DNA of 64,000 nucleotides from positions 218,623-282,622 of the forward strand of contig JAXGNR010000005.1 of the NCBI GenBank assembly GCA_040767965.1, written 5' to 3'. Source of the DNA: Atribacterota bacterium (lineage in GTDB: Bacteria; Atribacterota; Phoenicimicrobiia; Phoenicimicrobiales; Stramentimicrobiaceae). The translations under genes were made by a program, and so were the position numbers. How positions within the stretch are numbered: position 1 is the stretch's first letter; each line of letters starts with the position of its first letter. A model generated the notes under the pieces. It saw only the letters and a list, made by a program, of their open reading frames with translations, was not told where the DNA came from and searched no databases. Below, piece by piece: positions 32,738-43,369 of the stretch.

Positions 32738-33397
32738 TTGGAAGGCTTTAAAAGAAACAGAACCAATGCTATAAATGCTATTATATTGGCTGGAGGAAGA
32801 AGTACTAGAATAGGATTAAACAAAGATAAAAGCAAGATGAAGCTGATGGGAATAAGCTTGCTTGATAGGGTTATTGCTAATATATTAGCATCTAAATACT
32901 TTAAGGAAGATAGTATTATCATAATTGGACCTAAAGATAAATATCAAGATTATAAAAGAGTATTTGAAGATATTTATCCCCAAAAAGGACCTTTGGGAGG
33001 GATTCTTACTGGATTATTGGTTTCAGACGCCTTTTACAATTTAATAGTTGGCTGTGATATGCCTTTTATCAGAAAAGAACTAATCGGACTTCTTTTACAA
33101 AATATCTCGATTCACGATATTATTATACCCGGCTACGGCAGAGAATTATTTGAGCCGTTGTGTGCTGTGTATAGTAAAAAATGTATTGACATAATAGAAA
33201 AAAATATCAAAGATAACAAGCTGGCTGTCAAAAGTATATTTCCATATTTGAATGTGAAAATAGTAGAAGAGCATGATATTAAGAAAATCGATCCTGAGCT
33301 GATATCATTTTTTAATATTAATTTTAAAAATGATTTTTATTTAGCCAAAGATTTAGACCTGAAGAGGGGAAAACGAAAGTGCAACGATTTAAACTAG
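32738..33397 (+). CDS. mobA: Molybdenum cofactor guanylyltransferase
   Basis: ILAGGRSTR, GPLGG, CDMP, EPLCAVY, FFNIN. Confidence 0.92.
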   Translation: MEGFKRNRTNAINAIILAGGRSTRIGLNKDKSKMKLMGISLLDRVIANILASKYFKEDSIIIIGPKDKYQDYKRVFEDIYPQKGPLGGILTGLLVSDAFYNLIVGCDMPFIRKELIGLLLQNISIHDIIIPGYGRELFEPLCAVYSKKCIDIIEKNIKDNKLAVKSIFPYLNVKIVEEHDIKKIDPELISFFNINFKNDFYLAKDLDLKRGKRKCNDLN

Positions 33398-34145
33398 CCA
33401 AAAAAGTGAAAATAACCAGGATTGAAAATGGTAAAAAATATGAAGTTATAGACATAGTTGCCAGGGAAATTGAGCTAAATATATTTGTAAATAAAATAAT
33501 ATTTGCAAAATTATATTGTAGCCCAATTAATTATAAATTTCTTGGTGTAGGTTTTTTGCTTACAAATGGAATTATTAGAGAAAGAGAAAAAATAAAATCA
33601 TTAGTTGAAGATAAAGAAAATCTGGAAATAGAAATAAAAGAATTTAATAATCCTGGAGTAGGTGTTGATTTTCCATATTTTATTTCTGAAAAAATGAATT
33701 CTGATAAACCAGACGATGAAAGAAAAGGAATACAAAGAAAAAAAAACAAAATAGAAATAAAAAATATTTTTCTTTGCTAATTGAAATGCAGAAAAAGGCT
33801 TATTTTTTTGATATCACAGGAGGAGTTCATAGTTGCGGACTTGCCAATAAAAAAGGAGACATTTTATTGTTTTGTGAAGATATAAGCCGTTATAATACTG
33901 TAGATAGAATTTTTGGAGAAGCCTTCCTAAAAGATATTAATATATCTGATAAAATTATCGTAACATCTTGCAGAATAACATCTGGAATTCTAAAAAAAAT
34001 AATAAATGGTGGTGCTTCCTTCGTAATTTCACGATCCGCTGTATCTGAAAAAGCGATTGTTTTAGCAAAACAAAAAAATATTACTTTAGTCGGGTTTGCC
34101 AGAGGGGAAAGAATGAATATCTATAACAATTGTTCGGACATCTAA
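33379..34145 (+). CDS. fdhD: Formate dehydrogenase accessory sulfurtransferase (frameshift near 33770)
   Basis: E..L.IFVN..CSP..GFL in the first ORF; TGGVH, EDISRYNTVD, TLVGFARG in the second. Confidence 0.88.
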
Positions 34146-34253
34146 TAAAACCATTGGATATAATTTTTAGCAATTTAACAAAAATATTAATTTTGATTAT
34201 TTACCAGTATAAGATAAGTTTATAATAAAATATTTAAAAGAAATGAGGATTTT

Positions 34254-35207
34254 ATGTTTAAAATTATCGGCTTCATTATCCTGCCAATAACCTCTTTATT
34301 GGTATTTGGTTATGCTTTTGATGGTAACATCAAGACAAATGGTTATTCCTGGTTATTTTTTTTCCAGCTAATCCTGCTAATTGGTTTGCTGTATGGGATA
34401 AACCAAGAAAGAAAAAAAGAAATAGATAAGAAATTATCAATTAATAGTGCTTTAGATTATAACAATTTTTTAGCTGTATTCGCAGGGGCTTTTGTTGCTT
34501 TTACTTTTAATAATTACTTGGGAATGGGATCAGTTGTAGCTGCAGGGCTTGTTGGTACTATTGCTGCAATAATGATTCCTAAATTTGGCGTTCCATTGTA
34601 TTGTGGAGCTTTTGTTGGAATGGCATCATGCGTTCTTTTTACATCTTACCTATATCTGGCAATTGCAAGTATTGTAGCCGGAATAGTATTTGTATTAACA
34701 AAAAATGTATTCAATGGTTTTGGTGGGAAATTAGGTACCATTGCTTTGACTGGATGTATTCTGGCTTCTGTTTTTTCAGGAAAAAAATATCTTGCAAGTG
34801 GCCCTATTCCGACTTGGGAAACTTCTAAATATATAGTTTTATTTTCAGTTATTGCAGCAGTATTGACTTATCTGATAAGCATTAGATTAAAACATGGTGC
34901 TGTTTTTGGTTCTGGTGTTGTAGGTCTTTTGGCAGGATTAATTATGCCTTATTTATTTCCTGAAATTGGAAGTTCCCTTGCAGTTATGATGATCTGTGCT
35001 TCCTTCGCAGGCATGTCAACTCCAACCAGGATTCCAAATGAAATATTTGTTGCTATTTCAGGTTTACTAAGTGCATTCTTTTTTATTTATAGCACATCTT
35101 GTTTTGGGGGTACTGGTGGTAAATTAGGGACAATAGCCTTTATTTCTGTTATTATTATAAGAGGATTCTTAGATATGATAGATTATTTTAAAAGTAAAAA
35201 AGGTTAA
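34254..35207 (+). CDS. Uncharacterised polytopic membrane protein with a two-fold internal repeat
   Basis: Hydrophobic throughout; repeated F(V/A)GM and GGKLGTIA motifs. Confidence 0.85.
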   Translation: MFKIIGFIILPITSLLVFGYAFDGNIKTNGYSWLFFFQLILLIGLLYGINQERKKEIDKKLSINSALDYNNFLAVFAGAFVAFTFNNYLGMGSVVAAGLVGTIAAIMIPKFGVPLYCGAFVGMASCVLFTSYLYLAIASIVAGIVFVLTKNVFNGFGGKLGTIALTGCILASVFSGKKYLASGPIPTWETSKYIVLFSVIAAVLTYLISIRLKHGAVFGSGVVGLLAGLIMPYLFPEIGSSLAVMMICASFAGMSTPTRIPNEIFVAISGLLSAFFFIYSTSCFGGTGGKLGTIAFISVIIIRGFLDMIDYFKSKKG

Positions 35208-35265
35208 AGTAAAAGGAAATTTACAAAAATTATAAAGATATAAAGAACTGATAAGAAAAGTAATT

Positions 35266-35700
35266 ATGGATAAACATATGAATAGTAGAAAGATTGTCGC
35301 AATAGATCCAGGTAAAAAAAAATGTGGAATAGTAGTAGTTGATAATGAATTAAAATTATTTGAAGCAGAGGTTATCGACAACTCTAAACTGGTTGAAAAA
35401 TTACAAGGATATCTGGATAAGTATAAAATTTATAATATCGTTATTGGAAGTGGGACATATTCAAAGGAAATTATTCAGACAATAAAAAATAAGTATTCTC
35501 AATTATTGTTAACAGTAATTGCTGAAAAAAATACTACTATATTAGCTAGAAAAAAATATTTTGCAGAAAACCCACCACGAGGTTTATTAAAAATTATACC
35601 TACATCTGCAAGAATCCCGCCAAAACCATATGATGATTATTCTGCCCGAATAATAGCCGAAAGATTTTTTCAAAAGGAAAATGAAAAAAAATATAACTAG
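35266..35700 (+). CDS. YqgF/RuvX-like RNase H-fold nuclease
   Basis: AIDPGKKKCG, VIGSGT, E..TT..AR, DDYSA. Confidence 0.8.
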   Translation: MDKHMNSRKIVAIDPGKKKCGIVVVDNELKLFEAEVIDNSKLVEKLQGYLDKYKIYNIVIGSGTYSKEIIQTIKNKYSQLLLTVIAEKNTTILARKKYFAENPPRGLLKIIPTSARIPPKPYDDYSARIIAERFFQKENEKKYN

Positions 35701-35758
35701 ATATAATTTATTATTAAATATTATTTTGAAACATTAATTGCATCAGGAGGAAATAAAA

Positions 35759-36409
35759 TTGGTTAAAATAAAAATATTCTCAAATATCATGAAAAGCAAT
35801 GAAGATATGGCTTTAAAAAACCGAAAACTATTTGATGATTATCAGCTACCAGTAATAAATATGATGAGCTCTCCAGGTTCAGGTAAAACCAGCGTGTTGG
35901 AAAAGACGATTGATGAGCTGGGAAAAAATATGCAAATTGCAGTGCTTGAAGGTGATCTGCAGACAGATAGGGATGCTCAGCGTATTGGCAAATATGGAGT
36001 TCAGGTTGCACAAATTAATACTGATGGCGCATGTCATCTTGATGCAAATATGGTTAATAAAGCATTGTCAGCTTTTAACTTTGACAAAATAGACTTATTT
36101 TTTATAGAGAATGTTGGTAATTTAGTTTGCCCAGCGAGTTTTGATTTGGGAGAAAAATATCGGGTAAATCTGGTAAGTATTCCTGAAGGTGATGATAAGG
36201 TAATTAAGTACCCGGTTATTTTCAGGAAATGTGACATTCTGTTAGTTAACAAGATGGACTTATTGCCTTATATTCCTTTCAATCTGGACAGGTTAAAAAA
36301 GGAAGCTCTCAGTATTAACCCTGATATGAAAATATTTGAAATATCATGCTTAACTGGTGAGGGGATGGATAGCTGGTACAATTGGCTGAAAGAATTAATT
36401 AAAAAATAA
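35759..36409 (+). CDS. hypB: Hydrogenase nickel-incorporation GTPase HypB
   Basis: SSPGSGKT, EGD, ACHLDA, ENVGNLVCPA, NKMD; AGGAGG RBS before TTG 35759. Confidence 0.96.
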   Translation: MVKIKIFSNIMKSNEDMALKNRKLFDDYQLPVINMMSSPGSGKTSVLEKTIDELGKNMQIAVLEGDLQTDRDAQRIGKYGVQVAQINTDGACHLDANMVNKALSAFNFDKIDLFFIENVGNLVCPASFDLGEKYRVNLVSIPEGDDKVIKYPVIFRKCDILLVNKMDLLPYIPFNLDRLKKEALSINPDMKIFEISCLTGEGMDSWYNWLKELIKK

Positions 36410-36500
36410 TTGAAAGAAAAATTAAAGTAATAAAAAAATAAACAATAATAACAGACGGATAATATTTGCATTTAAAAAAAAGTATATCACAAAGGAAAAA

Positions 36501-38786
36501 ATGAAAACCAGAAAAATAATTACTATTTATGGAATTGTGCAGGGCGTAGGGTTTCGGCCTTATGTCCATAAAGGAGTCCAAAAATATCAATTGACAGGAT
36601 GGATTTGTAATTCAGAACAAGGCATAGAGATGGAGGTTGAAGGCGAAAGGTCTAATGTAAATGGGTTTATTAAAAAAATTAAAAAGAATGCACCTATATT
36701 ATCTATGATTGAAAAAGTCCTTGTGCAAGAAATGCCTGTATTTGGATATACAGATTTTAAGATAAAAAAAAGCAAAACAAGGGAAGAGAACCCTCTTGCT
36801 CTTATTCCTCCAGATATTTCCATATGTGATGATTGCTTGAGCGAATTACTGGATCCTGCTGATCGCAGATATCGCTATCCATTCATTAATTGTACAAATT
36901 GTGGTCCCCGGTTTACCATAATCAAAGAAATTCCCTATGATAGAGAAAAAACTACTATGAGTAATTTTTCTATGTGCGGTAAATGTAATTCGGAATATAT
37001 TGATATTAATAATCGTCGTTATCATGCCCAGCCTAATGCCTGCCATGATTGTGGTCCACAAGTTTCCCTTTATCTAAAAGGTAAAAAAATAGAAGTAAAA
37101 GAACCAGTTATTGAAGTTCAAAAAAGATTAGCAGAAGGACAGATTGGTATTATTAAAGGATTAGGAGGATTTCATATTACCTGTGATGCTGCCAACCTCA
37201 CAGCTGTTTCCAGATTAAGAGAAATTAAAAAAAGAGATAAGAAGCCGCTTGCAGTTATGGCTGAAAATATTGACTTAATAAAAAAGATATGCCATCTTTC
37301 TGCAAAAGCAAAAAAAATTCTAACCAGCAAAGAAAAACCGATTGTGCTTTTAAAAAAGAAAAAAAAATATTATCTTTCACCGGAAATAGCATCAGATAAT
37401 TCTTATCTGGGAGTTATGCTTCCTTATACTCCTTTGCATGCTATTTTGTTGAAGGATAGTAATTTGATTATAGTCATGACTAGTGCCAACTTCAGTGATG
37501 AACCTATTATTATTAAAAATAATGAAGCACTTGATCAACTATCTGATAAAGTTGATTTTATGCTATTACATAACAGGTCTATCTACAACAGATGTGATGA
37601 TTCGGTAATAAAAGATTCTTTCTCTAGCCCAATTATGATAAGACGTGCAAGAGGCTATGCTCCTTTTCCTATTATGTTAAATAAAAAAGTATCACAGATT
37701 CTTGCAGTCGGACCAGAGGAGAAAAATACGGTATGCTTTACTCGTGATTGCTATGCTTTCCCCACACAACATTTGGGCGATTTAAAAAATCAGGAAAATT
37801 TTGTAGCATACCAGGAGGCCATTGATCGTTTCATTCAGGTTTTCAGGTTCAAACCAAAAATAATTGCCTGCGATTTGCATCCGGATTATTTGTCCACCAG
37901 CTATGCAGAGATGTTATCAAGAAAAGAAAATTTAATATTATGCAGGGTTCAACACCATCATGCTCACATCGCAAGCTGTATGGCTGAAAACCATTTAACT
38001 GAAAAAGTAATCGGTGTCTCTTTTGATGGAACTGGGTTAGGAGATGATGGTAAAATATGGGGAGGGGAATTTTTAATTGCAAATTATTATGATTATAAAA
38101 GAGTAGGACATTTGAAATATCAAGCAATGCCTGGTGGAGAACAGGTTATTCATTATCCCTGGAGGATGGCTTTTAGTTATATTTATTCAAATTATGGATC
38201 AAAAATATCTAATTTGGATATTGGATTTATAAAACAAAGGAAACGTAAAGAAATAAATTTGCTAGAACAGATGTTAATCAAAAATATCAATTCTCCGTCC
38301 ACTTCAAGCTGCGGAAGATTGTTTGATGCTGTTTCAGCTTTAATAGGATTAAAAGAAGAGGTAAGCTTTGAAGGGCAGGCAGCTATTCAGTTAGAATCAA
38401 TATGCCAGTCTGCACTTGATGATAATTATTCTTTTAGGATTGAAAAAGAATTGAATAAATGGATAATAAATACAGAAGAAATGTTTCGCCAAATAGTATT
38501 TGATTTGAAGAATAATGTCCCTAAAAGTACAATTGCAACCAAGTTTCATAACACTGTTGCAGAATTTACTACTTCAATGTGCAAAATAATCAGAGAAAAA
38601 ACACTGATAAATGAAGTTGTATTGTCAGGTGGGGTTTTCCAAAATAGCTATTTGCTGGAACAAACAATAAAAAAATTGAAAAATAATATGTTCAACATAT
38701 TTATCCATAAGGCAATGCCTCCTAATGATGCCTGTATTTCTTTAGGTCAGGCAATGGTTGCTAATGCTAAAGAAAATAATTTTTAA
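36501..38786 (+). CDS. hypF: Carbamoyltransferase HypF
   Basis: GIVQGVGFRP, CTNCGPR, KGLGGFH, QHHHAH, NDACISLGQ. Confidence 0.97.
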   Translation: MKTRKIITIYGIVQGVGFRPYVHKGVQKYQLTGWICNSEQGIEMEVEGERSNVNGFIKKIKKNAPILSMIEKVLVQEMPVFGYTDFKIKKSKTREENPLALIPPDISICDDCLSELLDPADRRYRYPFINCTNCGPRFTIIKEIPYDREKTTMSNFSMCGKCNSEYIDINNRRYHAQPNACHDCGPQVSLYLKGKKIEVKEPVIEVQKRLAEGQIGIIKGLGGFHITCDAANLTAVSRLREIKKRDKKPLAVMAENIDLIKKICHLSAKAKKILTSKEKPIVLLKKKKKYYLSPEIASDNSYLGVMLPYTPLHAILLKDSNLIIVMTSANFSDEPIIIKNNEALDQLSDKVDFMLLHNRSIYNRCDDSVIKDSFSSPIMIRRARGYAPFPIMLNKKVSQILAVGPEEKNTVCFTRDCYAFPTQHLGDLKNQENFVAYQEAIDRFIQVFRFKPKIIACDLHPDYLSTSYAEMLSRKENLILCRVQHHHAHIASCMAENHLTEKVIGVSFDGTGLGDDGKIWGGEFLIANYYDYKRVGHLKYQAMPGGEQVIHYPWRMAFSYIYSNYGSKISNLDIGFIKQRKRKEINLLEQMLIKNINSPSTSSCGRLFDAVSALIGLKEEVSFEGQAAIQLESICQSALDDNYSFRIEKELNKWIINTEEMFRQIVFDLKNNVPKSTIATKFHNTVAEFTTSMCKIIREKTLINEVVLSGGVFQNSYLLEQTIKKLKNNMFNIFIHKAMPPNDACISLGQAMVANAKENNF

Positions 38787-38847
38787 AAATGTCCAGTGTA
38801 AAAAGTTCAAGATCTTCAAACAAGAAAATAAAGTAGAGGTAAGTATA

Positions 38848-39063
38848 ATGTGTTTAGCTATTCCAGGTAAAGTAGTTAGAATTATGAACTCAAAACAAGC
38901 TGAGGTAATGATAGGAAATTTAAAAAAAACTGTTAGAATTGATCTTTTACCTGAGGTAAAAGAAGGAGAATATTTACTTATTCATGCCGGTTACGGTATA
39001 ACTAAAATTAATCAAAAAGAGGCAGATAGTATAAATCGTGCTTGGGAGGAAATTCAATCTTGA
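38848..39063 (+). CDS. hypC: Hydrogenase chaperone HypC
   Basis: MCLAIPG start at ATG 38848; LIHAGY. Confidence 0.95.
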   Translation: MCLAIPGKVVRIMNSKQAEVMIGNLKKTVRIDLLPEVKEGEYLLIHAGYGITKINQKEADSINRAWEEIQS

Positions 39064-40160
39064 GCAAATACAATGAAGATAACAGTAAAACATTATGTAA
39101 AAATATTCTAAATAAAATCAAAGAATTAACTGATGAGAAAATAAATATAATGGAAGTATGCGGAACACATACAGTGGCAATTTTCCGATCGGGATTAAGA
39201 GAGCTTTTACCCAAAAACATAAACTTGATCTCAGGGCCGGGATGCCCGGTTTGTGTAACCCCAACCTCGGAAATTGACCATATTATAGCATTAGCAAGAA
39301 TGAAAAATACTATAATTGTAACATTTGGCGATATGATCAATGTTCCTGGGACAAATTCAAGCTTAAAAATAGAAAAGGCTAAAGGTGCAAACATCCAAAT
39401 AATATATTCTCCTATTCAATGTTTGGAAATTGCTGTAAAAAATCCTAATCAAAATGTAGTCTTGATTGGAATTGGTTTTGAGACCACTACTCCATTATTA
39501 GCAAGTGTTGTTTTAGAAGCGGCCAAAGATTCTGTTCCAAACTTTTATTTCTTTAGTTTGGCAAAACTAATGCCTCCAATAATGAGGGAGCTTTTGCAAA
39601 AAAAAGACGCAAAATTAGATGGTTTTCTATGTCCCGGCCATGTCAGTGCAATAATAGGGACTGAACCTTATCAATTTATACCATCGGAGTACCATATTCC
39701 TTGCGTAATTGCCGGGTTTGAACCTGAAGATATACTTATAGCGATTTATCATATTGTCCTCCAGAAAAGGAATAAAGTTGCCTGTGTAGAAAATGGATAT
39801 AAACGAGTAGTAAGAAAAGAAGGAAATCCAACGGCTTTAGAAAAAATGTCTGAAGTATTCACTCATACTAACAGCAGCTGGCGTGGGATCGGAATTGTAG
39901 CTAAAAGTGGATTGGATTTAAAAGAAAAATACCGTAAAATGAATGCTCGAAATTTTGAAGTAGATATTGAAAAAACACAAGAAAATCACGATTGCCGATG
40001 TGGAGATGTGCTGAAAGGTGTTATTACACCGTTGCAATGTCCATTGTTCAGAAAGGTATGCACTCCTGAAAATCCTATAGGAGCATGTATGGTCTCAAGC
40101 GAAGGCAGTTGTGCAGCTTTTTATAAATACAGTACTGAGTCGCTGGTAAAAAATATATAA
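39060..40160 (+). CDS. hypD: Hydrogenase formation protein HypD
   Basis: MEVCGTHT, GPGCPVC, GFETT, PGHVS, CMVSSEGSC. Confidence 0.97.
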   Translation: MSKYNEDNSKTLCKNILNKIKELTDEKINIMEVCGTHTVAIFRSGLRELLPKNINLISGPGCPVCVTPTSEIDHIIALARMKNTIIVTFGDMINVPGTNSSLKIEKAKGANIQIIYSPIQCLEIAVKNPNQNVVLIGIGFETTTPLLASVVLEAAKDSVPNFYFFSLAKLMPPIMRELLQKKDAKLDGFLCPGHVSAIIGTEPYQFIPSEYHIPCVIAGFEPEDILIAIYHIVLQKRNKVACVENGYKRVVRKEGNPTALEKMSEVFTHTNSSWRGIGIVAKSGLDLKEKYRKMNARNFEVDIEKTQENHDCRCGDVLKGVITPLQCPLFRKVCTPENPIGACMVSSEGSCAAFYKYSTESLVKNI

Positions 40161-40269
40161 CAAAGTGCTGCCCCGGGACTTCATCAACTGTCATCTAGCC
40201 ATCTAACATTGTATTATAAATTTGACATCATCTAGTATGTTTACACTAAAAATTATAGAAAGGAATAAA

Positions 40270-41280
40270 ATGAATGAAAAAATAATTACCCTAGATCATG
40301 GTAGCGGGGGAAAAATATCCAATAATTTAATTAAAACAGTTTTTCTAAAATATTTTAATAATAAATTCCTTAAAGAGCTCCATGATGGTGCTATTTTACC
40401 ATCATCCAATAAAAAGATTGCTTTTTCCACTGATTCTTACACAGTAACTCCACTTTTTTTTCCGGGAGGAAACATAGGCAATCTGGCAATCCATGGGACT
40501 GTTAATGATCTTGCTATGTGTGGTGCAAAACCAAAATATTTAAGTGTTTCTTTTATAATAGAAGAAGGGTTTTCTGTTGAGATGCTGGAAAAAATTGTTT
40601 TCAGCATGGCAGAATCAGCAAGAACGGCAAAGGTGCAAATAGTAACAGGTGATACAAAAGTAGTAGGACATGGTGAGGTTGATGGATTATATATTAACAC
40701 TGCAGGGATTGGTTTTATAGATAAGAATGTTTTTATCAGTGCCAGACATGCTCAACCTGGTGATGTTGTTATAGTTAACGGTCCTATGGGGAATCATGGA
40801 ATTAGCATTTTAGCAACCCGAGAAAATTTGCAATTAGAACAAGTAGTGTTCAGTGATACTGCTCCATTGTCCGAAATAGTTATTAAAATATTAAGTATCA
40901 CTGAGGAAATTCATGTTTTAAGAGATCCTACCAGAGGAGGACTAGCTACAACCTTAAATGAAATTTCTCAAGAATCAAATGTGGAAATAGAAATTAATGA
41001 AGAGGCAATTCCTATTGATGAAAATGTAAGAGATGCTTGTGAAATATTGGGATATGATCCATTATATCTGGCAAATGAAGGAAAAATGATTGTATTTGTT
41101 CCTGAAAAGTATTCACGAGAAGTATTAGATGAAATGAAGAAGTGCCAGTATGGAGATCATTCAAAAATTATCGGAAAGGTAATTTCAGATTCCAGAAATG
41201 GAGTTTATCTGAAAACCAAAATCGGCGGGAAAAGAGTTCTTGGAATGCTTAGCGGGGAGCAGTTACCCAGGATATGTTAG
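40270..41280 (+). CDS. hypE: Hydrogenase maturation protein HypE
   Basis: HGSGG, TDSY..PLFFPGG, GDTKVV, RDPTRGG, C-terminal LPRIC. Confidence 0.97.
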   Translation: MNEKIITLDHGSGGKISNNLIKTVFLKYFNNKFLKELHDGAILPSSNKKIAFSTDSYTVTPLFFPGGNIGNLAIHGTVNDLAMCGAKPKYLSVSFIIEEGFSVEMLEKIVFSMAESARTAKVQIVTGDTKVVGHGEVDGLYINTAGIGFIDKNVFISARHAQPGDVVIVNGPMGNHGISILATRENLQLEQVVFSDTAPLSEIVIKILSITEEIHVLRDPTRGGLATTLNEISQESNVEIEINEEAIPIDENVRDACEILGYDPLYLANEGKMIVFVPEKYSREVLDEMKKCQYGDHSKIIGKVISDSRNGVYLKTKIGGKRVLGMLSGEQLPRIC

Positions 41281-41357
41281 TATTTTCTTCAAAATAGTAA
41301 AAATAAATTAAGAAGCAATACAAAAAATAATTTTATTTTAAAGGAGCTAAATATGTA

Positions 41358-41879
41358 ATGAATAAAAAAGAAAGTATCTATGTGCAATTGGCAAAAGATA
41401 GTATTACATATTATCTGAAAAATGGCAGGATAATGAAACAGCCAGCAGGATTGCCTGAGGAAATAATTAAAAAAAAAGCAGGAGCCTTTGTTTCATTAAA
41501 AAAGAATGGCCAGCTAAGAGGCTGTATTGGCACCTTTGCATCAGTTCAGAAAAATCTGGCTGAAGAGATTATTGAAAATGCCGTTAGTGCTGCTTTTTAT
41601 GATCCACGTTTTTCTCCGGTTCAATTGGATGAAATAGAGATTTTAAATATTTCTGTAGATGTTTTGTCTCCTGCTGAAGAAATAAATGATATTTCCTTAC
41701 TGGATCCCAAAAAATATGGAGTTATTGTCACTAATGGATCAAAAAAAGGTCTACTTCTTCCGGACTTAGAAGGAGTAGACTCGGTAGAGCATCAATTAGC
41801 GATTGCAAAACAGAAAGCAGGGATCTTGCCAATGGAGAATTTTAAAATATTTAGATTTACGGTAACAAGACATATTTAA
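41358..41879 (+). CDS. AMMECR1-domain (AmmeMemoRadiSam protein A-like) protein
   Basis: [25 protein letters not shown]. Confidence 0.88.
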   Translation: MNKKESIYVQLAKDSITYYLKNGRIMKQPAGLPEEIIKKKAGAFVSLKKNGQLRGCIGTFASVQKNLAEEIIENAVSAAFYDPRFSPVQLDEIEILNISVDVLSPAEEINDISLLDPKKYGVIVTNGSKKGLLLPDLEGVDSVEHQLAIAKQKAGILPMENFKIFRFTVTRHI

Positions 41880-42298
41880 AATTGATTATTTTTCTTATGC
41901 TATGTTGTCAAAAATTGTCAAAACATTTAAAAATAAAATGAAAGTTCATTAATAATATTTTTTCGTAATTTTCAAGAGCGAAGAACGCAAAATTTTAAAT
42001 ATATTTTATTAATTAGAATCACCTTATTAATTTAATTTAATTCTTTTTTAATATTTTTTAAAAAAAATATGCAAAACTTCTTCTATCCACTACTATGCTA
42101 TAAGAATAATTAGAAGTTGAAAGATATTTTATAATAATATTTCATATATATTAGTTATCAAATAAATTAATTGCAAAATAACAAATTGCTAATAAGTGAC
42201 ATGTTATTATATAATTATTTGCGTTATAGAAAATATATGGATAGAATTTATATTATGAAATTACAAGTATTATCATAGATTATTTAAAGGAGTTTAGG

Positions 42299-43339
42299 AT
42301 GTTTAAACTATCACTACTTCCTACTTTTTCACGAAATATCGGAATAGATTTAGGCACAGCCTCTACTTTGGTTTATGTAAAAGGTAGAGGGATTATTCTT
42401 GAAGAACCATCGGTAGTTGCTTATTTTAAAAAAGACAACCGAATTTTAAAAGTAGGCAAGGAAGCCAGGGCAATGATAGGGAGAACACCAAGAGGGGTTT
42501 TTACAGTTCGCCCACTTCAATATGGGGTAATAGCTAATTTTGAAGTTACAGCCGAAATGATACGTTATTTTATTAAAAAAATTTTCAGGAACAATCAGTT
42601 CATAAAACCTTCTATTACTATTTGTGTTCCCTCAGGAGTCACTGAAGTAGAAAAAAGAGCAGTTTCAGAAGTTGCCTATGAATGCGGTTCACGTAATGTT
42701 TTTTTAATAGAAGAACCTATCGCTGCTGCTATAGGAGCAGGGTTGCCTATTTTCGAACCTATGGGAAATTTGGTAATGGATATTGGCGGAGGTACAACTG
42801 AAGTTGCGGTTATTTCTCTGGGAGGAATAGTGGTAAATGAGATTTCCAAAGTAGCTGGTGATTATATGAATCAGCAAATTGCGAAATATATTAAAGACAA
42901 ATATGGCTTGCTGGTTGGTGATTTAACAGCTGAATCGCTAAAAATAGCCTTTTCGAATACAAATAAAGAAAACGAAAGTAATGACTTTGAAGCAAAGGGA
43001 AGAGATCGAATTAGCGGATTACCATTTAGAATTGAACTTTCCAAAAATGATCTCAAGGAGGCATTATATGACTCAATCAAAGTTATTTCTAATACTGCAA
43101 AAACAGCATTAGAAAAGACTCCACCGGAACTTGCTTCAGATATTATCAACAAAGGCCTTATTATGACTGGTGGTGGAGCTTTGCTGGCCGGATTAGATGA
43201 ACTTTTAAAGGAACAAATAGAAGTTCCCGTCTTTATTGCAAAAGACCCTCTGTATTGTGTTGTAAAAGGAACTGGTGAAGCACTAGAAAATTATAATAAA
43301 TATCAGAGAATATTAAATAAAACTATTAAAGGCAGATAA
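42299..43339 (+). CDS. mreB: Rod shape-determining protein MreB
   Basis: IGIDLGTA, EPIAAAIGAG, DIGGGTTE, TGGGALL. Confidence 0.95.
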   Translation: MFKLSLLPTFSRNIGIDLGTASTLVYVKGRGIILEEPSVVAYFKKDNRILKVGKEARAMIGRTPRGVFTVRPLQYGVIANFEVTAEMIRYFIKKIFRNNQFIKPSITICVPSGVTEVEKRAVSEVAYECGSRNVFLIEEPIAAAIGAGLPIFEPMGNLVMDIGGGTTEVAVISLGGIVVNEISKVAGDYMNQQIAKYIKDKYGLLVGDLTAESLKIAFSNTNKENESNDFEAKGRDRISGLPFRIELSKNDLKEALYDSIKVISNTAKTALEKTPPELASDIINKGLIMTGGGALLAGLDELLKEQIEVPVFIAKDPLYCVVKGTGEALENYNKYQRILNKTIKGR

Positions 43340-43369
43340 AAAAATAAATGTTAATTTTCTACAATAAGA

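Noticed and set aside
40161-40269. CATCTA repeats and a GC-rich patch between hypD and hypE as a possible nickel-responsive RNA
   Set aside because: I could not build a convincing multi-stem structure or match NiCo riboswitch features.
41905-41923. TTGTCAAAA direct repeat upstream of mreB
   Set aside because: Short and in a very AT-rich spacer; cannot be distinguished from chance.
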